The translations under genes and the position numbers were made by a program. A DNA stretch of 34,516 nucleotides from Aulosira sp. ZfuVER01 (GTDB taxonomy: Bacteria > Cyanobacteriota > Cyanobacteriia > Cyanobacteriales > Nostocaceae). The DNA is taken from assembly GCA_034530615.2 (NCBI GenBank), contig JAVRCV020000035.1:1-34516 (forward strand). The letters run 5' to 3'. Positions 28,411-34,516 of this stretch are shown piece after piece (the first letter of the stretch is position 1; each line of letters starts with the position of its first letter). A model generated the notes under the pieces. It was not told the origin of the DNA and made no database searches. It saw only the letters and a list, made by a program, of their open reading frames with translations.

Positions 28411-29484
28411 GTGTCTTTGTGGTTACAGATTTTTGACCACAAAGACACTAAGCATTTACCAGACAGCAGAAAAAACAGTGGTTTTAGCAATACAATCGGG
28501 TTGTCCTTTAGAAACCTTTTTAGCAAGTTGGGCATTCTGACGGTTCTTCTATCCGCTTTTGTCTTATCATTTCACAACGTTACTGTGCGAGTTTTGTTTT
28601 CAGAACATCTCGTACTGGGTTTATTTTTACTTGGTGGATACGTTAAACCGGATTTGCAAAATTCATTATTGCTGATGTTCATGCGAATGCTACTGGTGGT
28701 TCCACTTATGGCATCTCTAGCATTCAAGTTATATCCATCTGCTGGAAAAGAATTACGAGATTTGTTCAGGCGGGAACGCACTGATGTTTTGCTCCAAGCA
28801 TTGTGCTGTGGAGTATTGATGTTTGTGTATATTGCGTTACTCTACATTGCTCTTGGCTTAATTCCTACAGGAATTGCCATGACTCTATTTTTTACCTATC
28901 CCGTGTTTACGACGCTGCTTGCTTGGAAGTTTTTTGGCGAACGTCCAACACTCTTCCGTTGGCTGGTGATGGCGATTATTCTGGGGGGTGGGGTACTCAC
29001 AATTCCTCAATCTTCTGCTGCTTACAGTAGTGATACCATTACTAATGGCATTTTCGCCAGCGTTGGATCTGGAGTTGTTTACGCCTTTTATAAGGTCATG
29101 GCCCAAAAATGTTTGGAAAAATTCCATCCAGTTCCTTTCACCTGGATTAGTTTTACCTGCACCTTAGTGTTTTCTGGTATTTGCTTACTGTTCTGGCCAC
29201 CTTCCAGTACCCAACTTGATTGGACACCTCTGTGGATTGGCAGTATTTTTTCTGGTTTAGTGAGTTTCATAGGGCACGCTTTCAATAATGTAGGAATTCG
29301 CATGATTGGCGCAACTAAGGCCTCAATCGTTGGTGCTAGCAGTCCAGCATTAACAGTATTAGTCGCATGGGTCACAATTAGCGAAACTTTAAACTTGATT
29401 CAATGCTTGGGAATTGGAATTGTCACATTAGGAATTGCAATGTTAAGTGGAGAAGGCTTTGTGCGTAGACGTAGCCATTCATAG
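28411..29484 (+). CDS. EamA/DMT family transporter
   Basis: ~10 TM helices, duplicated EamA pattern (IPTGIAMTLFFTYP; IGATKASIV...PALT); start uncertain. Confidence 0.85.
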   Translation: MSLWLQIFDHKDTKHLPDSRKNSGFSNTIGLSFRNLFSKLGILTVLLSAFVLSFHNVTVRVLFSEHLVLGLFLLGGYVKPDLQNSLLLMFMRMLLVVPLMASLAFKLYPSAGKELRDLFRRERTDVLLQALCCGVLMFVYIALLYIALGLIPTGIAMTLFFTYPVFTTLLAWKFFGERPTLFRWLVMAIILGGGVLTIPQSSAAYSSDTITNGIFASVGSGVVYAFYKVMAQKCLEKFHPVPFTWISFTCTLVFSGICLLFWPPSSTQLDWTPLWIGSIFSGLVSFIGHAFNNVGIRMIGATKASIVGASSPALTVLVAWVTISETLNLIQCLGIGIVTLGIAMLSGEGFVRRRSHS

Positions 29485-29506
29485 AAATGACATTTGGCTT
29501 TTCTAA

Positions 29507-29578
29507 TTTTGAATTTTGCGAAAAGTTGCGTGCGGGGGTTCCCCCCGTTGAGCAAACTTTTCAAGACGAATTTTGAAT
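29507..29578. repeat. GC-rich hairpin element inserted in TTTTGAA heptamer repeats
   Basis: TTTTGAATTTTGC-GAAAAGTTGCGTGCGGGGGTTCCCCCCGTTGAGCAAACTTTTC-AAGACGAATTTTGAA. Confidence 0.6.
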
Positions 29579-29585
29579 TGTTATT

Positions 29586-30240
29586 ATGTCTATCTCCACT
29601 ATTTTGTTTGATCTAGATGGAACCTTGACAGATCCCAAGCTTGGCATTACTCGCTGTATTCAGTTTGCTTTATTGGAACTCGGTTATAAACCACCGGATG
29701 CCGATGAATTACATTGGTGTATTGGCCCTCCAATCAAAAACAGTTTTTCGCTATTACTGAAGACTTCAGATGACACAGTTTTAGAACAAGCAATTTCACT
29801 TTATCGCAGTCGCTTTGCCACGATAGATAGGATTATTTGAAAACTCGCTTTATCCCAAGATTTTAGAAACCTTAGAAGCTATTCGTTTTGCTGGTTATAA
29901 AACTTTTGTTGCGACTTCTAAACCACATATTTATGCTACGCAGATTGTTGAGCATTTTGGCTTGTCGTCGCTTTTCGATGGTGTTTACGGGAGTGAACTT
30001 GACGGCACGCGGAGTGTAAAAGCTGACTTGATTTCTCACATTTTGCTCACAGAAAAGCTTTTACCTTCTCATGCGGTTATGGTAGGCGATCGCTCTCACG
30101 ATATCATTGGAGCTAAACACAATAGCGTTACCGCCATTGGTGTTACCTACGGCTACGGAACTGAGGAAGAGTTAAAGACTCACAGTGCTGATTTGATTGC
30201 TCATACTCCAGATGAAATTCCCAAATTGCTTGTTCATTGA
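29586..30240 (+). pseudogene. Frameshifted HAD hydrolase (5'-nucleotidase/phosphoglycolate phosphatase-like)
   Basis: 5' part has FDLDGTLTD; 3' part in another frame has VATSKP and MVGDRSHDIIGA; removing the ATAG duplication at 29823-29830 restores a 216-aa ORF. Confidence 0.85.
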
Positions 30241-30338
30241 AGGAAAGCAGATAGCAGGAAGGAGGATATAGAAATTAGTTCCTTCCGTTGCCAATAAGTT
30301 ATCGAACCGCCTTTCATTTATGGCAGTTAGTAAACGCA

Positions 30339-30393
30339 GTCGTTCGACGTTCGACGAAGTCGTTCTCGAAGAGTAGTCGTTCCCGCAGGGTAC
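30339..30393. repeat. Cluster of small dispersed repeats between convergent genes
   Basis: CGTTCGA heptamer twice, then two 17-nt units GTCGTTCTCGAAGAGTA / GTCGTTCCCGCAGGGTA. Confidence 0.6.
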
Positions 30394-30411
30394 CACTCCT
30401 GTATCTTTTAT

Positions 30412-30906
30412 TTAGACAGATACAGCTACCTTGGCGTGCTTATTTACATAGTCTACAAACAAGGTTTTCAATCGCTGACTAACACTAGGATGTTCAAAAA
30501 CAGCAAAGCCTAAATTTCGCGCTTTTACTAGGGTTTGTTCTGGTGTCAATCCTTCTTCAATAGCAATACTTAATAATGCAATTCCTGTGGAACGCATAGC
30601 AGCTGCACAATGTATCACAGCGGGTTTAGGAAGTTCTTCTAATGTCTTGAGAATTTTGCTAATTAACTCTTCACTCAAATTTTCTAGCTTTAAAGGCACA
30701 TTGACGTAATTTAGTCCTAATGATTCAGCCACCTCTTGCTCATCATGGCGAAATCCTAGTTCATCAGGGGAACGCAAATTTAAAACTGACTTAAATCCTT
30801 CTTGAATGGCTTGCTCAAGTTGTTTTGGTATAACTTGTCCTGTTGTCGTTAAATTTTCGTTAATCCGAATACTGTTGATCACTTTTACTCCTTTAGACTT
30901 AAGCAC
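30412..30906 (-). CDS. DUF442/BLH-type phosphatase-fold protein (possible sulfurtransferase)
   Basis: GFKSVLNLRSPDE, GLNYVNVP, PAVIHCAAAMR (CX4R); start uncertain. Confidence 0.8.
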   Translation of the reverse strand: MLKSKGVKVINSIRINENLTTTGQVIPKQLEQAIQEGFKSVLNLRSPDELGFRHDEQEVAESLGLNYVNVPLKLENLSEELISKILKTLEELPKPAVIHCAAAMRSTGIALLSIAIEEGLTPEQTLVKARNLGFAVFEHPSVSQRLKTLFVDYVNKHAKVAVSV

Positions 30907-31052
30907 CAGGCTTGATAAACGCTTGTTTTAGCAAGCTTTGTCTAGCTATCTAAAATTTGCATGGCAAAATTTGCCAAACAAAAGCAGATATCCTGTGATT
31001 ACCTTTAAATTTGCTGGACAAAGCCATTTATTTGTTTGCTGTTTTTATAATA

Positions 31053-31078
31053 TACGGTTTATCTATAGACTTAGTGTA
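31053..31078. promoter_or_regulatory. Putative operator copy 7
   Basis: TACGGTTTATCTATAGACTTAGTGTA. Confidence 0.68.
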
Positions 31079-31093
31079 GTTAAGAGATATTTA

Positions 31094-31119
31094 TACATTT
31101 TTTCGATATGATTACCGTA
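31094..31119. promoter_or_regulatory. Putative operator copy 8 (tandem with copy 7)
   Basis: Minus strand TACGGTAATCATATCGAAAAAATGTA. Confidence 0.65.
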
Positions 31120-31524
31120 GTTTATATTTATTTAATAATCTCGATCGCATTAAAGATGGGGGTGTAACATCTGGAATAGATTGCGGATTAGCGATCGCTT
31201 TTGTAAATAGCTTAGAAGCAATGTCTTACCTTTCAATGGTGCAATAATCAACCAGCAGTCTTTGAGAAGCTGGGTATCTGAGCCTTAATTTACATCTTGC
31301 ACCAGACATGAGAATTGCCTGGTGCTTTTAAATTTTTTATTCAATAAATTTATTTTATCATTTTAACAAAAAAGAGTATTTGCTCTTATCTGAACCAAAC
31401 CATAGTATTAAGTTCATAAGCTAATCAGCTTAGCTGTTGAAGAACAAAATTGCATCTGTAATTAATTGCGATCGCTGCAATCATCTTCGGAAAGAATTTT
31501 GCTGAATCCTGGCGGAGAAAGACT

Positions 31525-32196
31525 ATGAGTTGGTTAATTGGTACAGTATTTATTGGTGCATCTGTGGCTTTTGCTACGACATTTGATGACAATTTATATT
31601 TGACGGCTTTTTTTGGCAAAGTAAATCATGTCTTTCATCCCAAACATATTATTATTGGCGAATTTGTGGGATTCACTACATTAGTAATGGCTAGTCTCCC
31701 TGGTTTTTTCGGTGGTTTAGTTCTTCCAGAAGCATGGGTTGGATTGTTAGGAATTCTCCCAATTATCATTGGTATCAGCCATCTAATGAGTCGAGAAGAA
31801 GAAGATACTGTACAAGCTGTATCAGTTAATTTTGGTCACTCAGTCAAACCTAAGCGCCATAAAAAATCATTAATAGAAACACTCAAAGATCCTCAAACTT
31901 ATCGTGTTTCTGCGGTAACTATTGCCAATGGCGGTAACAATATTGGGATCTATGTTCCGTTATTTGCTACTAGTAACCTTCCCAGCCTAGCAGTAATTGT
32001 GTGTGTTTGCTATTCAGCAATTGGAATGTGGTGCTTTCTTTCTTATAACCTAACTCGCAATCCTGTCATGGCTTCTGTGATGACTCGCTATGGTCGGAAA
32101 GTTTTTCCCTTTGTATTAATATACTTGGGGTTATCCATCATGCTTAAAAGCGGAACTTATCAACTTTTTCCTAATCTAGCAATGCTTTTTAAATAG
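31525..32196 (+). CDS. Cadmium resistance transporter family protein (CadD-like, LysE superfamily)
   Basis: FATTFDD, GLLGILPI.IG, VTIANGGNNIGIYVPLFA, VLIYLGL. Confidence 0.85.
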   Translation: MSWLIGTVFIGASVAFATTFDDNLYLTAFFGKVNHVFHPKHIIIGEFVGFTTLVMASLPGFFGGLVLPEAWVGLLGILPIIIGISHLMSREEEDTVQAVSVNFGHSVKPKRHKKSLIETLKDPQTYRVSAVTIANGGNNIGIYVPLFATSNLPSLAVIVCVCYSAIGMWCFLSYNLTRNPVMASVMTRYGRKVFPFVLIYLGLSIMLKSGTYQLFPNLAMLFK

Positions 32197-32231
32197 ATTA
32201 ATTATCGTGTATAAAAGCTGAACTTACACAC

Positions 32232-32546
32232 ATGAAAATTCTCAAAATCGCTTTAATGGTTTTAATCTTGTTTATCAATTTAGTAATTGCTGCCCCCTCT
32301 TGGGCAGATGAAACACCTCACTTAAGCTCAAATTCTGACTATTTCGTAGGACAAAAAGTTGTTTGGCTTTATAAAGCTCGGGCTGACTCTGATAATATCC
32401 AAAAAATTCCTGTAGAAGTCGTTAAATTAGGTTCTAAGCAAGTACAAGTTAAAGTGCATAAAAATCATAATGAGTTCGTTAATCGTTGGGTAAATCGAGA
32501 TAGATTGGAGGTTGATAAGAGTGATAATTATCGTCAAAATTTCTAA
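32232..32546 (+). CDS. Hypothetical secreted protein
   Basis: Sec signal peptide ending PSWA, short beta-rich domain. Confidence 0.7.
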   Translation: MKILKIALMVLILFINLVIAAPSWADETPHLSSNSDYFVGQKVVWLYKARADSDNIQKIPVEVVKLGSKQVQVKVHKNHNEFVNRWVNRDRLEVDKSDNYRQNF

Positions 32547-32751
32547 ATATATTTCAAACTCAATAGATTAATGGTTAGAAAAGCCTAACTACAGCTTTGC
32601 CGTTGAGATGAATAGCTAAAAATAAATCATCAATTTTATTTATGCACATACAAAAGAATAGTATTTGATTTTGGAGGCTGATGGGCATTAAGGTAGAAAC
32701 AAAGTTAATTGAAATTCAACAAAAAATACCGAATTCGAGAGGAATAAACTA

Positions 32752-33369
32752 ATGAACAAACCAAACTCAAAAAAAGTAACTTCTTGGCTTTTAACTGCTG
32801 TATTTATGGGATTTCTGACAATATTTACTCTGTTTGATCAGCCATTTGCTTTGGCTCAATCAGAAATCCTACCAGTACCTACAGCATCTACACCTGCTCC
32901 AATAGTATCTTCGGCTCCTGTTATACCTCCAACAACATGGCCTGTAGATAGCGTAGCTGCAAATGTTCAACGTCTATTAACAACCAATGAATGCGTTGGA
33001 TGCAACTTAGTTGAAGCACACCTGGAAAGAGCAAATCTGCAATCAGCTAATTTGGCGGGTGCAAACCTGCAAAAAGCAGAGTTAGAAAAGGCGAATCTCC
33101 AAGGAACCAACCTAGCATCAGCAAATTTGCAGGGAGTAGATTTAAGCAAAGCAAATATAGCCGGAGCAAATCTGCAAGGGGCAAACTTATATGATGCAGA
33201 TTTAGAAGCAGCAAACCTGTTAGGGGCTGATTTGCAAGGAGCCAATTTACAAAAGGCAGATTTACAAAAAACAAATCTCATGAATGCCAACATCCAAGGT
33301 GCAAACTTGCTAGGGGCTGATTTGGAAGATGCAATAGTACCACCAGGATTAATGAATCCCTATCAGTAA
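32752..33369 (+). CDS. Pentapeptide repeat protein with signal peptide
   Basis: LL.TNECVGCNL followed by many A(N/D)LxG repeats; GAGG RBS. Confidence 0.93.
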   Translation: MNKPNSKKVTSWLLTAVFMGFLTIFTLFDQPFALAQSEILPVPTASTPAPIVSSAPVIPPTTWPVDSVAANVQRLLTTNECVGCNLVEAHLERANLQSANLAGANLQKAELEKANLQGTNLASANLQGVDLSKANIAGANLQGANLYDADLEAANLLGADLQGANLQKADLQKTNLMNANIQGANLLGADLEDAIVPPGLMNPYQ

Positions 33370-33402
33370 TTCTCAGCATTTAGCTACGTGAATAGATATC
33401 TC

Positions 33403-33429
33403 AGCTAGGGAGCAATCCCTAGCTTATTT
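33403..33429 (+). terminator. Probable intrinsic terminator
   Basis: AGCTAGGGA-GCAA-TCCCTAGCT then TATTT, 33 nt after the stop codon. Confidence 0.6.
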
Positions 33430-33593
33430 AATAGCAAATGATTGTTCAGACGCTAATTGCTAATTTTATTAATCACAAATAGTTAGAATAGCTAAATATA
33501 ATATTACCTTGGTTTATACTTAACGTAAGTTGACAAAACTTAAAAATATCCAAAAAACTAAAACTAAACCCCAATATTTCAAGGTAAAAGAAG

Positions 33594-34424
33594 ATGACAG
33601 AGATCACCCGCCGCAAATTTATCGCCACTGCTACCCTAGCCACCGGTTTTGCCGTAGCAGTACAACCTATTTCGGCTCAAGTCATTACTACTGATGCTAA
33701 AGAATTAATCGCTGGTGCTGTGAAAATTCCTGTTCAAGATGGTGAAATTCCAGCTTATAGGGCGTTACCCGCGACTGGTGAGAATTTTCCGGTTGTGTTG
33801 GTGATTCAGGAAATTTTTGGCGTACACGAACACATTCAGGATGTCTGCCGTCGCTTTGCCAAGTTGGGTTATTTAGCGATCGCACCAGAATTATTCGCAC
33901 GTCAAGGCGATGTCTCGAAATTAAGTAACATCGATGAAATTCGTAAGGTGGTAGCAAAAGTACCAGACGCCCAGGTGTTATCTGACCTGGATGCTACTGT
34001 TAATTGGGCTGTTAAGTCTGCTAAAGGTAATGCTGATAGACTAGCGATTACAGGCTTTTGCTGGGGTGGTCGGATTACTTGGTTGTACTCAGCGCACAAT
34101 CCCAAAGTTAAGGCTGGTGTAGCATGGTATGGACGTCTGGTAGGGTATTCTACGGAATTAACACCGAAGCATCCTATCGATATTGCCCCTAATTTGAAAG
34201 TTCCAGTGCTGGGACTGTATGGAGGAAAGGATACAGGGATTCCTTTAGAGACAGTAGAGCAAATGCGCGATCGCTTAAAGTCCAGCAGCAGTAAATCTGA
34301 AATCGTCGTCTACCCTGATGCACCCCACGCCTTTTTTGCCGATTATCGTCCATCTTACAGAGAGAAAGAAGCGAAAGATGGCTGGAAACGCCTGCAAACA
34401 TGGTTTAAGCAGCATGGCGTTTAG
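33594..34424 (+). CDS. Dienelactone hydrolase family protein with Tat signal
   Basis: TRRKFI signal, [16 protein letters not shown] nucleophile, [11 protein letters not shown]. Confidence 0.92.
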   Translation: MTEITRRKFIATATLATGFAVAVQPISAQVITTDAKELIAGAVKIPVQDGEIPAYRALPATGENFPVVLVIQEIFGVHEHIQDVCRRFAKLGYLAIAPELFARQGDVSKLSNIDEIRKVVAKVPDAQVLSDLDATVNWAVKSAKGNADRLAITGFCWGGRITWLYSAHNPKVKAGVAWYGRLVGYSTELTPKHPIDIAPNLKVPVLGLYGGKDTGIPLETVEQMRDRLKSSSSKSEIVVYPDAPHAFFADYRPSYREKEAKDGWKRLQTWFKQHGV

Positions 34425-34516
34425 TCTGTATTTGCATTAGACCGTGTGTCGAAGTATTAGCTTATATCATGTTCGTATAATCACTTATGATAAAAGTAGG
34501 TAGTAAAATTATAAAA

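Noticed and set aside
928..29484. Secondary-metabolite biosynthetic cluster (methyltransferases, oxygenases, exporter)
   Set aside because: No NRPS/PKS/RiPP precursor/terpene core gene seen; ssu/tau genes and Cys/Met depletion fit sulfur scavenging better, though not excluded
10530..31119. Interpreting the TAC/GTA sites as NtcA boxes
   Set aside because: NtcA needs GTA-N8-TAC; here order and spacing are TAC-N20-GTA (and GTA-N13-TAC)
33020..33335. 15-nt periodic repeats resembling an array
   Set aside because: Explained by pentapeptide-repeat coding; no constant repeat with unique spacers, so not CRISPR

Overview
Segment of a cyanobacterial chromosome, probably Nostoc-like (inferred from abundant HIP1 GCGATCGC sites, an SLH-domain porin, a pentapeptide protein and small dispersed repeats). 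Most of the window (~0.9-31 kb) is an organosulfur-scavenging cluster. It contains two SsuA-like sulfonate-binding lipoproteins, ssuC-ssuB, an SLH-OprB porin, an NtaA/DmoA-type flavin monooxygenase, a TauD dioxygenase, a CmcJ/NvfI-type oxygenase, two paralogous amidohydrolases, a GST, a ComB-like phosphatase, a DUF442-type protein and accessory redox/transfer enzymes. Two signals read directly from the sequence tie it together. (1) A 26-bp pseudo-palindrome TAC-N20-GTA (approx. TACGGTAAnTYGATCGAnTTAnnGTA) occurs 8 times (7 clear, 1 degenerate) in five intergenic promoter regions, suggesting an operator for a regulator not encoded here. (2) Many of the encoded proteins are strongly depleted in Cys/Met, including substitutions at normally conserved Cys positions, as expected for sulfur-starvation-induced proteins. 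Also present: a HAD pseudogene broken by a 4-bp duplication, and several REP/MITE-like repeats. No rRNA, tRNA, CRISPR array or transposase was recognised. All calls come from motif recognition by eye; no database searches were run.
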